From Candidatus Multivoradales bacterium (GTDB lineage: Bacteria; Acidobacteriota; Thermoanaerobaculia; Multivoradales; J023), in NCBI GenBank assembly GCA_965248925.1, contig CBDFLE010000005.1:704001-768000 (forward strand): a stretch of 64,000 nucleotides of DNA, given 5' to 3'. Position numbers and translations under genes: made by a program. The notes under the pieces are model-generated. The model did no database searches and had not been told where the DNA came from. It worked only from the letters and a program-made list of their open reading frames with translations. Of this stretch, positions 17,547 to 28,582 are shown one piece after another. The first letter of the stretch is position 1; the number at the start of each line of letters is the position of its first letter.

Positions 17547-18926
17547 CTAGCTGTCATCTGGCTCTAGCGCCTCAATGTGGCCGCTGAAGCGTATTCGAAT
17601 ACGGATTAGCAGCAAGACCGCCACCGACGCCAGAGCCAGGGTTAGTCCACGCCACAGCCCTTGCGGACCCTGGGCGAAGCGGAAGGCCAGTAGCACCGCT
17701 ATCGGCAAGCCCAGGGCCCAGTAGCCCAGCAGAGCGATGATCGCCGGTATCCGGGTGTCCGCTGCACCGCGCAAAACGCCAGCGCCGACCACCTGTAGGC
17801 CATCGAAGATTTGGAATAAGGCAGCGATCGGTAGCAGCAGGGCCGCCATCTCGATCACCTGCCGGTCCGGGGTGAACAACCGTGCTAGCGACGTTGGCGC
17901 GACCGTGAAGAGGACCGCCGAAATGGTCATCACGGCGCCACCCAATACCAAGCAGACCAGCGCGGCACGCCGGGCATCGGGCATCGAACCACGACCCACC
18001 GCATTACCCACCCGGGTGGCCGCCGCGCCGGCGATGCCCAAGGGGACCATGAAGGACAGCGAAGACAGGCTCATGGCTATCTGGTGTCCAGCAAGTTGCC
18101 GCGCTCCGATCTGGCCCATGATGATCGCCACGGCGACGAACAACCACATCTCCAACGAAATTTGAAAGGCCACCGGAACACCCAGGCGGAGCAAGCGAAA
18201 GTACGAGCGCGGGCGAAAACTGAAAGGCTCGGGCAAGCGCCAGAAGGGTCGTAGATGCCGACTGGCGAAGACCACGGTGGCCAACAAGAGTCCCCAGCGG
18301 GCTAACGAAGTCGCAAGCCCAGAGCCCAGCACGCCAAGAGCGGGGAAGCCGAAATGGCCGAAGACCAGGGCATAGTTAGCGATTACGTTGAAGAGGTTGG
18401 CCAAGACAATGGCCACGAATACCGGCCGCACCATGCTCATCGCCTGCAAAGTCTGACGGATAGTGACAAAGAGCAAGAAGGCCAGGGTGCCGGGGATCGA
18501 GGCGCGAACATACGCCGTTGCCTCGGTGATCAGCTCGGGTTGCTGCCGCAGAGCCTGCAAGATCGGCCGGATGTTCCACATTATGAAGGCCAATGGCAGA
18601 CTCAGCACCACCGCCATTACCAAGCCACGCTTGAGCACCCTGGTGACCCGGCGGCTCTCTCCCGCGCCATAGGCTTGGGCGACAATTGGGTCGAGGGCCA
18701 TCAGCAAGCCCATACCGAAACTCACCAGGCCAAAGCTGATGCCGTTGCCCAAGGCACCCGCGGCTAGGGCAGTTTCTGAAACCCGGCCGAGCATCATGGT
18801 GTCGACCGTACCCATCAGCATCATCGCTACCTGGATACCGGCCACCGGTGCCGCCAAGCGCAGCACCGCCACGATCTCCCGCCGCCATCCGGCCCGACTC
18901 TCGCTGTTAATCCTAGCCCCCCTCAT
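17547..18926 (-). CDS. MATE family efflux transporter (NorM-like)
   Basis: 'VDTMMLGR…LAAGALG', 'LRLGVPVA', 'LAGHQIA', 'FQIFDGLQVVGAGVLRG…DTR'. Confidence 0.93.
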   Translation of the reverse strand: MRGARINSESRAGWRREIVAVLRLAAPVAGIQVAMMLMGTVDTMMLGRVSETALAAGALGNGISFGLVSFGMGLLMALDPIVAQAYGAGESRRVTRVLKRGLVMAVVLSLPLAFIMWNIRPILQALRQQPELITEATAYVRASIPGTLAFLLFVTIRQTLQAMSMVRPVFVAIVLANLFNVIANYALVFGHFGFPALGVLGSGLATSLARWGLLLATVVFASRHLRPFWRLPEPFSFRPRSYFRLLRLGVPVAFQISLEMWLFVAVAIIMGQIGARQLAGHQIAMSLSSLSFMVPLGIAGAAATRVGNAVGRGSMPDARRAALVCLVLGGAVMTISAVLFTVAPTSLARLFTPDRQVIEMAALLLPIAALFQIFDGLQVVGAGVLRGAADTRIPAIIALLGYWALGLPIAVLLAFRFAQGPQGLWRGLTLALASVAVLLLIRIRIRFSGHIEALEPDDS

Positions 18927-20887
18927 CGAGGCACGGTCAACTGACTAGTAGGCTTGCCATTCACCCAGGCGACAGCGGCGAGCACTACGACGCCAGCGCC
19001 ATGTCCCAGCCACCCTGAGCCGCCAGCCAAGGGCATGGCGATAAGTAGCGCCGAGAGCAAGAGCAACAGCCGCTGCCAGCCCCCTAGAGCCTGGACCAGA
19101 AAACCACTCACCGCCGCTGCAAGCGGCAACATGGCCAAGGCGGCGAAAGCAAATGCCGCGGCAATCTCCACCACCGGCGCGGTGTTGCCTTGATCGTTGA
19201 GCATCAGCAGTTGCGGCCGATAGACAAAGAGGAACGGCAGGGCAAAGCCGGCCAGGGAAAAACGAAATGCCGCCAAAGCAGTGCGCATGATGCTCGCCGA
19301 AGCGAGCGAGGCGGCGGTGTAGGCAGCCAATGCCACCGGCGGCGTCACCATTGACATGAGGCCAAAATAGAAAACAAATAAATGCGCTGCCAGCGGCACC
19401 ACCCCAAGCTGCCCCAAGGCCGGTCCAACCAACGTCGCCAGCAGCAAGTAGCACACCGCCGAGGGCAAACCCATGCCGAGCACAATCGAAGAGGCCATCA
19501 ACAACAGCAACGCCAGCAGCAGGTTTTCCTGCGCCAAGGGCAGCAGGGTAGTCGGTAATTTGGCGCCGACACCGGTCAGCGTTACGATGCCCAAGACCAC
19601 CCCCACGGAACCGGCGGCGGCCACCAACGCCACGCCGTTGCGCGCCGCTTTGACCATTGCGTCAATCGCCCGCCGCGGGGTGATCCGGGTCCGAGCCGAC
19701 AACTGACTGAGCACGATCACCGCCACTAGTGCCATGCTGACCGAGCGAAACACCGAGAATCGTTGCAACAGGAAGACCATCAGCGTGGCCAGACCGCCAC
19801 AGAAGATCAAACCCTCCAACCAACCGGGCGCGGGTTCCTTGTTCAGTTCCTCGACCGCCGCGGGGGCAGGAGTCGCCAGTGGCTCGCCATCCTTGTCGCC
19901 CTGGCGCTGCAACCGGCCGTGAAAGTGGACGATCAACAGCAACGACAAGTAGTAGAGAATCGCTGGCAGCAGCGCCGCCCGTAGAATCTGGGGATAAGTG
20001 ACCGCCGGCTCGACGATCTCCAACATCATGTAGGCACCGGCCCCCATCACCGGCGGTACCAGCGCGCCGCCAGAGCTGGCTGCGGCCTCCACCCCGGCGG
20101 CCACATGGGGCTTGAAACCCGACTGCCGCATCATTGGAATGGTGAAGGTGCCGGTGGTGGCGGTGTTGGCCACTGCGCTGCCGGACAGCGATCCCATCAG
20201 GCCGCTCGACAGCACCGAGACTTTGGCCGCGCCGGCAGTTGTACCGCCAAGCAGGCGAGCCGCGCCGTGAATGATGAAGCGAGTGGCGCCAGTGGCTTCC
20301 AGCACGGCGCCAAAGACGACAAAGAGAAAGACATAGGTGAACATCACCTTGAGAGCGGTGCCGAAAACCCCCGAACTCTGCAAAAACGTCTGCGCCACAA
20401 TCCGTTCCAGGCCATAACCACGGTGGGGGAACAACCAGCTGGGCAGATGGGGCCCGAGGGCGCCGTAGAGCAAGAAAATCATCGCCAGCAGAGGCAGGGC
20501 CCAGCCCACCGCGCGCCGCGCCGCCTCCAGCACCAGCAGTAAACCGAGCACGCCGATAACAATGTCGAGGGGCTGCTCGATGCCCGCCCGCTCACCCAGG
20601 CTCTGGCGCAGCAGCCAGCTGGCGGAAAACAGCGGCTCGGTCTGCACTACCACCCAGCCGCAGACCAGCGCGGTGGCGAGCACCAAGGCACCGTCGATCC
20701 AGCGCCCGAGGCGGGCTCCCGCCCATCCTGGTTCGAGGGGGAAACGCAGGAAGCAGATCGCCAGGCCGAAGAGGGTGAAGAGAGCCAGCTGCGACTGCGG
20801 CCGCAGATGGGGGTAGTTAACCTCGGCGAGGACGAAGAGCGTCAGGGCGATCGCCAGGCCGCGTTCTAGCCGCCCGGCAGCGGTCAT
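18923..20887 (-). CDS. TRAP transporter fused 4TM/12TM permease
   Basis: 'GSLSGSAVANTATTGTFTIPMM', 'PPVMGAGAY', 'LGMGLPS', 'TPPVALAAY'. Confidence 0.95.
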   Translation of the reverse strand: MTAAGRLERGLAIALTLFVLAEVNYPHLRPQSQLALFTLFGLAICFLRFPLEPGWAGARLGRWIDGALVLATALVCGWVVVQTEPLFSASWLLRQSLGERAGIEQPLDIVIGVLGLLLVLEAARRAVGWALPLLAMIFLLYGALGPHLPSWLFPHRGYGLERIVAQTFLQSSGVFGTALKVMFTYVFLFVVFGAVLEATGATRFIIHGAARLLGGTTAGAAKVSVLSSGLMGSLSGSAVANTATTGTFTIPMMRQSGFKPHVAAGVEAAASSGGALVPPVMGAGAYMMLEIVEPAVTYPQILRAALLPAILYYLSLLLIVHFHGRLQRQGDKDGEPLATPAPAAVEELNKEPAPGWLEGLIFCGGLATLMVFLLQRFSVFRSVSMALVAVIVLSQLSARTRITPRRAIDAMVKAARNGVALVAAAGSVGVVLGIVTLTGVGAKLPTTLLPLAQENLLLALLLLMASSIVLGMGLPSAVCYLLLATLVGPALGQLGVVPLAAHLFVFYFGLMSMVTPPVALAAYTAASLASASIMRTALAAFRFSLAGFALPFLFVYRPQLLMLNDQGNTAPVVEIAAAFAFAALAMLPLAAAVSGFLVQALGGWQRLLLLLSALLIAMPLAGGSGWLGHGAGVVVLAAVAWVNGKPTSQLTVPR

Positions 20888-21948
20888 GGGGTTGTGGCCG
20901 CCTCGTCGTCCGCCGGTTCGCTGCTCGCGTCGGCGGTGGTGTCCGGGTTTGGCCAGATGTCTATCTCACGATAGAAACGTTCTGCGCCGGGGTGGAATGG
21001 GGTGCCGGTATCTCGCACCACCACTTGAGCCTGGATGGCGCGGCCGGCCGGATGGCGTGCCACCACCTGGGCGCGGTTCTCATAAATCGCCTTGGTGAAA
21101 GCGTAGACCAGATCGTCACTGGCATCGGCGTGGGTAATCAGCTGCATCGAGCCGACGTTGAGGCCGAGGTAGTCTTCCTCCTGGCCTTTGTAAGTGCCGG
21201 CCGGAACCGTCGCCGGGGCAAAGAAGGGATAGTCCTCGACCAACTGCTGCCGGGCCGCCGGCTCGAAGGGCACAAAGCTGAGTTCCATCGAGGTCGCCGC
21301 CTGGGTGATCGAGGCGGTGGGGATGGCACCGCCGAGGAAGGCGGCATCGGCGCTGCGGTCGGCGAGCAAATCCACCGCCCCGGCCTGTGGCGCATTGAGC
21401 AAAGTGAAGTCATCCAGGCTGACGCCATGGGCTTGCAGCAGCGGGCCGACAAACAACTCGAACCCAGCGCCCGCCGGTCCCACCACCACCCGCCGTCCGG
21501 CCAGGTCGGCGTGGGAGGCGACGCCCGAGTCCGCGCGGGTGACGAAGAAGGCGACGTTGGGGGCCAGGGTCATCACCGAGCGGATTGCATACTGCTGATC
21601 CCAGCCCGCTTCGCCGCGCACCGCAAAATAAGAAATCGCGGCATTCGACAGGGCAAAGTCGAGCTCGCCATGGGCCAAACGTCGGATGTTCTCGCGCGAA
21701 CCCTTGGTCGATTCGGCGGTGATTTCCCAGGCTCCGTCGCTAGCAGCGGCGGCAACATCGGCTAGAGCACTGCCGACAACAAAGAATGCACCTCCGGGAG
21801 GGGCCGTGCCGAGACTCAAGAATCGAGGTGATGACGACTCTGCGGTAGCTTCAGAATCCACCCCGTCGCCAGTCCCACAGGCGGCTAGCAGAACGAGCAA
21901 GCAGAGGCTGGGGAAGAGTCGCGAACTGAGCTTCGTAGGATGGCGCAT
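20884..21948 (-). CDS. TAXI family TRAP solute-binding lipoprotein
   Basis: Lipobox LLAAC; 'GTAPPGGAFF', 'STKGSRENI', 'PFHPGAERFY'. Confidence 0.93.
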   Translation of the reverse strand: MRHPTKLSSRLFPSLCLLVLLAACGTGDGVDSEATAESSSPRFLSLGTAPPGGAFFVVGSALADVAAAASDGAWEITAESTKGSRENIRRLAHGELDFALSNAAISYFAVRGEAGWDQQYAIRSVMTLAPNVAFFVTRADSGVASHADLAGRRVVVGPAGAGFELFVGPLLQAHGVSLDDFTLLNAPQAGAVDLLADRSADAAFLGGAIPTASITQAATSMELSFVPFEPAARQQLVEDYPFFAPATVPAGTYKGQEEDYLGLNVGSMQLITHADASDDLVYAFTKAIYENRAQVVARHPAGRAIQAQVVVRDTGTPFHPGAERFYREIDIWPNPDTTADASSEPADDEAATTP

Positions 21949-22166
21949 TGGGGTCCCCTAGATGGCCCGGCAAGGCCACGGGCGGGCTGCGCGCAGCACC
22001 CGTTGCTGGGCAAGATTTGGCGGTGGCGTCGGCGGCCGATGCTAGCACGCCCCTGTACGCATCTCGGCAACCAAGGTTGCTCCCATCGGCAGGCTCTGCT
22101 CTCCTTCCCGCGGCAAGGTCGTCGCCTAGCGAAGGGGTTTTTTCCTCACCCTGCCCTGCTGCCGCC

Positions 22167-23642
22167 CTATTGCACTTGGTCGAGGGCGACGATGGTCCGC
22201 ACTTCGACCCCACGCCGTCCCTTGACCAGCACCTCGACCTGCCGCCGACCCAATCCAGCTGGGGGATCGTCGGTGTAGTAAGTGAGCACGTATTGATGGC
22301 GCAATTCGGCGCTAATCTGGGCAAAAGCGCGCTCTAGGCCCTCGCCGCTGCCCACCCTCAGCAGGCGTCCACCGGTGGGCTGAGTCAGCAGCTTCAGTTC
22401 CTGCAAGGCGGCCGAAAATGAAACTCCCCTCATACCGCCGCCGCCGGGCAACGCCACGACATAGACCGGAACCCCGAGCTTGCGGCCAAACTCCACCGCT
22501 CGCTTCGGGTCGGCGCGGCTGGAACTCTCGAAACCATCGGTCAGCACCACCAAGGCACGGCGGCCAGGCTGCTCGGCGAATTGCAGCATGGAATAGAGAA
22601 TCGAATCATAGAGGGCGGTCATCCCCTCACGGTTGGGGTGGATCGAAGCCAGCGCTTGGTGCAACTGCTCAAGATCACCGGTAAGACTCTGCACCAACCG
22701 CAATTCGGAGTCGAAGGAGACTACGAACGAGCGATCTCGCGGTCCCAGAGCACCGTCGAGAAAGACCTTGGCAGCGGCCTGGGTCTGTTGCCAGATGGGC
22801 ACCATGCTGCCCGAGGTATCGACCAGCAAGCCGAGCACCAAGGCGATGTCTTCGGCGGCGAATAGCCGGTCTATCTGCTGCGCTTTGCCGCGTTGTCGGA
22901 TTTCGAAATCGGCGAGCTGCAAATCAGTGACCGGCGGACCGTGCTTGGCGGTCACTAATGCTTGCAGTTGCACCAGGTTGACATCGATGCGCTCTCCGGG
23001 AGCGCCGCTAGCCAGCAGGTGAACGTCTTCCACCGTGCGACCGTCGACCAGTTCGAGTTCGAGACGAAGGAAGTCCTCGGGCTGCGGTTCGGTCAAGTCG
23101 AGGTGCAGCTCAAAGGGTTCTGCACGCACCGTACCGACCTGATCTTGGTTCACCCAGAAGCGTAATTCAGCCAAGTTGGCGTCGCGCGGGATCGACACCT
23201 TGGCGCTCACTCGCAGGCCATCAGTTAGCGTCTCCAAAGCAGCGACGCGCACCCGTAGAGGGGGGTCAAAACGGTTGACCACCAGGGTGTCCTGACCCAG
23301 GTCACGCCCCTCGGTGTTGAAAGCCTCGACCCGCACGGTTTGCTCGCGAGCTGGCACCGCGAAGGGAAGGCGGGCGGTCCAAGGGGGCCGCTTGCGCTGC
23401 GCCACCTCCTGCTCATCCAAATAGAAAACCAGCCGCGCGATCTCCGCGGTCAAGGTCAAGCTTTCAATCTCTGTCGGGCCTTCAGCGATTCCCTGCAACG
23501 GCGGCAGTAGGCGAATGCCAGCCGGCTCGGCAGTAGCTTCGGGATCGTCTTGGGCCGCCAGCGGCGCCGCCACGAAGAGCAAGCAGGTCAAGAAGCGGAA
23601 TAAGTAGGAAGCGCGGGGCAAAGGGAGGCGGTGTTGCAGCAT
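22167..23642 (-). CDS. Secreted Ig-like + VWA domain protein
   Basis: Signal peptide; MIDAS 'DTSGSM', 'TALYDSI', 'LTDGFE', 'ELRHQYVLTY'. Confidence 0.9.
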   Translation of the reverse strand: MLQHRLPLPRASYLFRFLTCLLFVAAPLAAQDDPEATAEPAGIRLLPPLQGIAEGPTEIESLTLTAEIARLVFYLDEQEVAQRKRPPWTARLPFAVPAREQTVRVEAFNTEGRDLGQDTLVVNRFDPPLRVRVAALETLTDGLRVSAKVSIPRDANLAELRFWVNQDQVGTVRAEPFELHLDLTEPQPEDFLRLELELVDGRTVEDVHLLASGAPGERIDVNLVQLQALVTAKHGPPVTDLQLADFEIRQRGKAQQIDRLFAAEDIALVLGLLVDTSGSMVPIWQQTQAAAKVFLDGALGPRDRSFVVSFDSELRLVQSLTGDLEQLHQALASIHPNREGMTALYDSILYSMLQFAEQPGRRALVVLTDGFESSSRADPKRAVEFGRKLGVPVYVVALPGGGGMRGVSFSAALQELKLLTQPTGGRLLRVGSGEGLERAFAQISAELRHQYVLTYYTDDPPAGLGRRQVEVLVKGRRGVEVRTIVALDQVQ

Positions 23643-23924
23643 GAGTTTGAGGTCCTTGTGGCGCTAATCGCCAGCGGGTGGGTGATAAGCCCTTGATCTC
23701 AGCAAGATACGGGCCAAGAAAGGAATCTGGCCTGGGGTCTGGTTCCCGGCGTTCGCCGCTCGGCTGCTGTCCCTGAGCTAGGACAAGGCGCCATCCAGCG
23801 CGGTCGCGGCTATACTGCCTGCATCAGGTAGCCAATGTGCTGTCGAGCTGAATGCCGGCAGCCACTCGTCACTGCTTGCCAGCAGCCGGCGTACCTCGGC
23901 GCGCCTGGCAAGGGAGCATAGGAC

Positions 23925-24962
23925 TTGGCCACGATCCGCCACCGACCGGAAGACTTTGTCGTCGAAGAACTGACCCTGGAGGAGCCCAGCGGCGACGGCC
24001 CGCACACTTGGCTGTGGATTGAGAAGCGGGGCCTCGACACCGCGGCCTGCATCCGCCTGTTAGCACGCTGGCGTGGGCTACCGCGGCGCGAGATAGGTTA
24101 CGCCGGGCGCAAGGACCGGCATGCCGTCACCCGACAGTGGTTGTCGCTGCCAGCGCTCGATCCGCAGCAAGCGCTGAGCTACGCCGGCGATGAGCGATTG
24201 CGGGTTCTGCGGGCGGTTCGCCACGCTTCAAAACTGCGCCTCGGTCAGTTGCTCGGCAACCGTTTTGTCTTGGTAGTGCGCGATGTCGATGCGGCCAGCT
24301 GTGATGTAGCAGGGAAGCAGCTGAGGCGGTTGGCCGCCGAGGGCATGGCCAATCGCTATGGTGAGCAACGCTTTGGGCGCGATGGGGCCAATGTCCGCCG
24401 TGGTGCCGAGATCTTACGCCAGATCAAGCTGCGAGGTGAACGGCGACACGCTTGGCTGATGGTCTCGGCTCTGCAATCAGCGGTTTTCAACGAAGTTCTG
24501 CGGCGGCGTCAGCAAGACGGCACTTGGAATCAGCTGCAAGCGGGGGATGTAGCCTATGTGCACGCCAGCGGTGAAGTTCTCGCTGTTGCGGACCCTGCTT
24601 CACTCGCCGCTCGCTGGTCGAACTTCGAGTTGAGCCCGAGCGGGCCGATCTTCGGCACCAAGATGAAGCGTCCCAGCGGCGCGGTGGCGGAACTCGAACA
24701 GCAGGTCATGACTGAATTCGATTTGCCCGAACCCCGCCGGCTGGTCGCTCCGCGCGGGCTGCGCCTCTTTGGCACCCGGCGACCGCTGCGGGTGCGGCCG
24801 ACAGCGGTGGATTGGCAGGCTGGCGACAGGCAGCTAGAACTACGTTTTGAGCTGCCTGCCGGCACCTATGCCACGGTCGTGCTGGACGAATTGTTCCCCG
24901 ACGGCGTCGAAGATGCCAGCCGCGGCTCGCTCTCGCCAGCGGCGCGAAATGCCGAGCGATAG
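23925..24962 (+). CDS. truD: tRNA pseudouridine(13) synthase
   Basis: 'PEDFVVEE', 'GYAGRKDRHAVTRQW', 'GNRF', 'NRYGEQRFG', 'FELPAGTYAT'. Confidence 0.95.
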   Translation: MATIRHRPEDFVVEELTLEEPSGDGPHTWLWIEKRGLDTAACIRLLARWRGLPRREIGYAGRKDRHAVTRQWLSLPALDPQQALSYAGDERLRVLRAVRHASKLRLGQLLGNRFVLVVRDVDAASCDVAGKQLRRLAAEGMANRYGEQRFGRDGANVRRGAEILRQIKLRGERRHAWLMVSALQSAVFNEVLRRRQQDGTWNQLQAGDVAYVHASGEVLAVADPASLAARWSNFELSPSGPIFGTKMKRPSGAVAELEQQVMTEFDLPEPRRLVAPRGLRLFGTRRPLRVRPTAVDWQAGDRQLELRFELPAGTYATVVLDELFPDGVEDASRGSLSPAARNAER

Positions 24963-25906
24963 GCTCGTGGGGTGGTGTTGAGGTGACGCGCCAAGTGCTT
25001 GCGCAAGTTCGCTGCTGAACCCAGTCCGCAGCGGCTGGCTACCTGCTCGACACTGTAATCAGTGGTTTCGAGCAGCTCCCGTGCTTTCGCCACCCGCTGC
25101 TGGCTCACCCAGCGGTGCGGCGACAGGCCGGTCAACTCGCGGAATCGACGTTGGAAAGTGCGCAGGGCAAAACCCGATTGCTGCGCTAGCTGGTCGACCG
25201 ACAGAGGTTGGTCGATCGAATCGAGCAAGTTCTCCAAGACCGTGCCGAAACCATCGTCCTCCCTGAGGGGGCAGACCAGCTCAGCGTACTGGCTTTGGCC
25301 GCCGTCGCGATGCACTGGCGCCACCATCCGCCGCGCAACCTTGTTGGCCACCGCGATGCCAAAATCTTGGCGCACAATGGCCAGGCAGAGATCCAGCCCG
25401 GCGGCAGAACCGGCAGAGGTCGAGACGCGCCCGTCGTGGATGTAGAGGGCATCAGTTTCCACCCGCAGCTGCGGAAACTGCTGGCGCAGGGTCTCGGCAT
25501 GCAACCAATGGGTAGTCGTCCGGCGATCCTCCAGCAAGCCGGCGTGGGCCAGGACAAACGCTCCAGTGCAGATGCTGACCAGGCGAGCCCCGCGCTCATC
25601 CGCCCGCTGCAAGGCCTCAAGGAAGGGTTCCGGTGGACGCTCCAGCGAACGCCGCCAGCCAGGAATCAATACAATGTCGGCAGCTTCCAAGGTAGCCAGG
25701 TTGCCGCTGGGCTCGATATGTAGCCCATGGCTGGTGCGCAGGCCGCCGGGTTCGACCCGTGAGGGTCGGAAGTCATACCAGGGAACACCGAGCTCAGGAC
25801 GGGTCAGGCCGAAGATTTCGGCCGCAATGCTGTACTCAAAACCGAGCAAGCCATCGTAAATCGCCACCGCCATGGTCGGCCCTCGTTGCATCTTCATCTT
25901 CACCAC
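24866..25906 (-). CDS. GlxA/FtrA-family AraC regulator (DJ-1-like + HTH)
   Basis: 'SICTGAFVLA', 'TTHW', 'TSAGSAAGLDLCL', 'RDGGQSQY', AraC HTH. Start uncertain (25906 or 25873). Confidence 0.93.
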   Translation of the reverse strand: MVKMKMQRGPTMAVAIYDGLLGFEYSIAAEIFGLTRPELGVPWYDFRPSRVEPGGLRTSHGLHIEPSGNLATLEAADIVLIPGWRRSLERPPEPFLEALQRADERGARLVSICTGAFVLAHAGLLEDRRTTTHWLHAETLRQQFPQLRVETDALYIHDGRVSTSAGSAAGLDLCLAIVRQDFGIAVANKVARRMVAPVHRDGGQSQYAELVCPLREDDGFGTVLENLLDSIDQPLSVDQLAQQSGFALRTFQRRFRELTGLSPHRWVSQQRVAKARELLETTDYSVEQVASRCGLGSAANLRKHLARHLNTTPRAYRSAFRAAGESEPRLASSTPSGNNSSSTTVA

Positions 25907-25979
25907 CTTGGCGGGATTCTATCGAACTTTGACGATTGTGCCACTTTTCTTCTGCTCTGCTTCTTGTCATCCTCTGTTC

Positions 25980-28070
25980 ATGCCGAGAACAAACCCCATC
26001 GCGGAGCGGTCCTCAAGCGTTCAGGCGGTCGAGCGTCGATCGGTGATCGGGGCTTGCCCGCTGGATTGCCCGGACGGCTGTTCCTGGATCGTCGAGGTTG
26101 AAGATGGGCGGGCGGTTGACTTGCGCGCCAACTCCTCGCATCCATTCACCGGCAAGTCCTTATGTGTCAAGACCAACCCCTATTTGCACTACAGCGCCCA
26201 TCCCGACCGCCTGCTGTATCCCCAGCGCCGGGTCGGCGCCAAAGGCGGCGGCCATTTTGAGCGCATCTCCTGGGACCAAGCGTTGGGCGAGATTTCAGAG
26301 CGGCTGCAAGCGGCAAGCCTCGAGCATGGCGCCGAGTCCATCTGGCCTTATTTCGGTACCGGTTCGGTAGGTTGGGTCCAAGGCATTGTCGGCGCCGGTA
26401 GGCGCCTGTTTCACGCTCTGGGAGCCTCTCGGCACGACCCCAACATCTGCTCAGCCGCGGGCCACGCAGGTATTCGCTACACCACCGGCTCGGCGGCAGG
26501 GATGGACCCAGAAGACCTGGTTCATTCGGGGCTCATCCTGCTCTGGGGCACCAATACCATCGTCACCAATCGCCATCTCTGGCCGTTCATTAAGCAGGCG
26601 CAGAAAAACGGCGCCAAAGTAGTGACCATCGACCCGTTGCGCACCCTGACCGCCAAGCATGCCGATTTGCATATCCCCTTGCGTCCGGGTTCCGACGCTG
26701 TTCTGGCTCTGGGATTGATGCGCTACCTGGCCGAGGAGGGAGCGGTAGACGACGAATACTTGGCCCACCGGACCTTGGGTTGGGAGGAATTTCGCCAGCA
26801 AGAGCTGGCCGAGTTTACTCCCCAGCGAGTGGCCGAGCTATGTGACATCGAGGAGGATAGTTTTCTCGCTCTGGGGCGCTGGGCCGCCAGCCGTCGCCCC
26901 TTGGCCATCCGCAGTCTGATGGGCATGCAGCGGCACCGGGGAGGCGGCCAGGCGGCACGGGTGCTTTCTTGTGTGCCGGCAATAACCGGCGACTACCAGC
27001 GCCTCGGCGGCGGCTTCTGCTATACCACCGGCCCTTGCTACCAGCTCAATGTCGACGCTCTGTGTCGGCCCGATCTGCAACCTGATTCGACTCGCACCCT
27101 CACCATGACTCGCCTTGGACAGGGACTGCTGGAGCTGGACGATCCGCCGGTCGCGGCGCTGATCGTGGTGGCCGCTAACCCGATGGCTTCCAATCCCGAG
27201 CAAGCACGCATCCGCCGTGGGTTGGCGCGGGAGGATCTCTTTACCGTGGTGATCGAGAACTTCCAGACCGACACCGCCGACTATGCCGATATCTTGCTGC
27301 CCGGCACCATGCAGACCGAGCATGCCGATCTGCACGACTCCTTCTCCCACCTATATTTGCAATGGAACGAGCCAGCGGTGGCAGCGCCGGGGGAGTGCCT
27401 ATCGCACACCGAGATCTTCCGCCGCCTGGCCCGTCGCCTGGGGCTTGATGAACCTGCTTTGCAGGCCAGCGACGAGCAGCTAGCGCGAGCTGCTCTGGCC
27501 TCGAAGCACCCGGCTCTGGAGGGCGTTACGCTCGAAAAATTGAAGGCTCAGGGCTGGCAGCGCCTCGCCTGGCCGCAGCCGTATCAGCCCTTTCTCGAAC
27601 ATTTTTTTACTCCCTCTAAGAGGTTCGAGTTTCGCTCGCAACGCGCCGCGGCCGAGGGACACGGGCTCTATCCGCACTACACCCGGCCACGGGAAACCGC
27701 GGCGGATGCCGACGATGGCTCGTTGATCTTGCTGTCGCCGGCCAATCAGCATCTGCTTAATTCGATGTTTGCCAACAGCTCGCACCACGCCAGAGCGGGC
27801 GGCCCTACTCTGGTGCTGCATCCGGCCGATGTCGAGCGTCTGCAGCTGCGGGATGGGCAGCGGGTGCGGGCGTGGAATCAGCGCGGGGAGTTCTTCGCTC
27901 AGCTCAAGAGTAGTGACGCGACCCGCCGTGGAGTGGCTTTGAGCAGTAAGGGGCAGTGGCCGAAGCTCAATGGTGGCTCTTCGGTCAACGCAACGGTGGC
28001 CGAGCGTGATGCGGATATGGCCCGTGGCGGGGTCTATTCAGACAACCGGGTTTTCGTCGCCGCTGGGTGA
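25980..28070 (+). CDS. Molybdopterin (Mo-bisPGD) oxidoreductase
   Basis: CPLDCPDGC…LCVK Fe-S motif; 'ISWDQAL'; 'TDTADYADILLP'; C-terminal molybdopterin-binding domain. Confidence 0.93.
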   Translation: MPRTNPIAERSSSVQAVERRSVIGACPLDCPDGCSWIVEVEDGRAVDLRANSSHPFTGKSLCVKTNPYLHYSAHPDRLLYPQRRVGAKGGGHFERISWDQALGEISERLQAASLEHGAESIWPYFGTGSVGWVQGIVGAGRRLFHALGASRHDPNICSAAGHAGIRYTTGSAAGMDPEDLVHSGLILLWGTNTIVTNRHLWPFIKQAQKNGAKVVTIDPLRTLTAKHADLHIPLRPGSDAVLALGLMRYLAEEGAVDDEYLAHRTLGWEEFRQQELAEFTPQRVAELCDIEEDSFLALGRWAASRRPLAIRSLMGMQRHRGGGQAARVLSCVPAITGDYQRLGGGFCYTTGPCYQLNVDALCRPDLQPDSTRTLTMTRLGQGLLELDDPPVAALIVVAANPMASNPEQARIRRGLAREDLFTVVIENFQTDTADYADILLPGTMQTEHADLHDSFSHLYLQWNEPAVAAPGECLSHTEIFRRLARRLGLDEPALQASDEQLARAALASKHPALEGVTLEKLKAQGWQRLAWPQPYQPFLEHFFTPSKRFEFRSQRAAAEGHGLYPHYTRPRETAADADDGSLILLSPANQHLLNSMFANSSHHARAGGPTLVLHPADVERLQLRDGQRVRAWNQRGEFFAQLKSSDATRRGVALSSKGQWPKLNGGSSVNATVAERDADMARGGVYSDNRVFVAAG

Positions 28071-28085
28071 GAAGGAGCAGGAAAA

Positions 28086-28556
28086 ATGAACGGCAAACTG
28101 GAGATGGAACCCTACCGGCGGCGCAAAACCTGGTCGCTGGGCAGCCGCCAGGTCGGCGATTGGCGGCTCAAGACCTACGGCATCGTCGTCGCAGGCACCA
28201 GGATCGACGATGCCATGATCGCAGCCGCTTTCGGAGCAGTGGCCAGACAAATCGCGGTAACGCTGGCGCAGGGCTCGGGACACGGTTTCGTGATTCTGCA
28301 TCGCGGCGATCAGGGGGTCTGGTTGCTGATCGATCGCTGGGCAGGCGATATTCTGCACCACGTTTTGTTGCGCGCTCCGCTGGACGAGCCGGCAGCTTAC
28401 GCCCCCGGCCCTGAGGATGGCACCATGGCTTGCGTCTGGGAAATGGCGGTGATGCAGCACGAGCGCGATGCCTGGGTGCGGCATGTGCTGAGCCAGCCGG
28501 CGGCGCCAGATTTTGCGGCTTATTTGGCCGACCAGTTGGAGATCGATCTGACCTAA
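28086..28556 (+). CDS. Conserved hypothetical protein
   Basis: AGGA RBS; operonic with the oxidoreductase; 'GFVILHRG…ACVWEMAVMQHERDAW'. Confidence 0.75.
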   Translation: MNGKLEMEPYRRRKTWSLGSRQVGDWRLKTYGIVVAGTRIDDAMIAAAFGAVARQIAVTLAQGSGHGFVILHRGDQGVWLLIDRWAGDILHHVLLRAPLDEPAAYAPGPEDGTMACVWEMAVMQHERDAWVRHVLSQPAAPDFAAYLADQLEIDLT

Positions 28557-28582
28557 GTGAAGGGTCCACGCCGCCAGTCTTC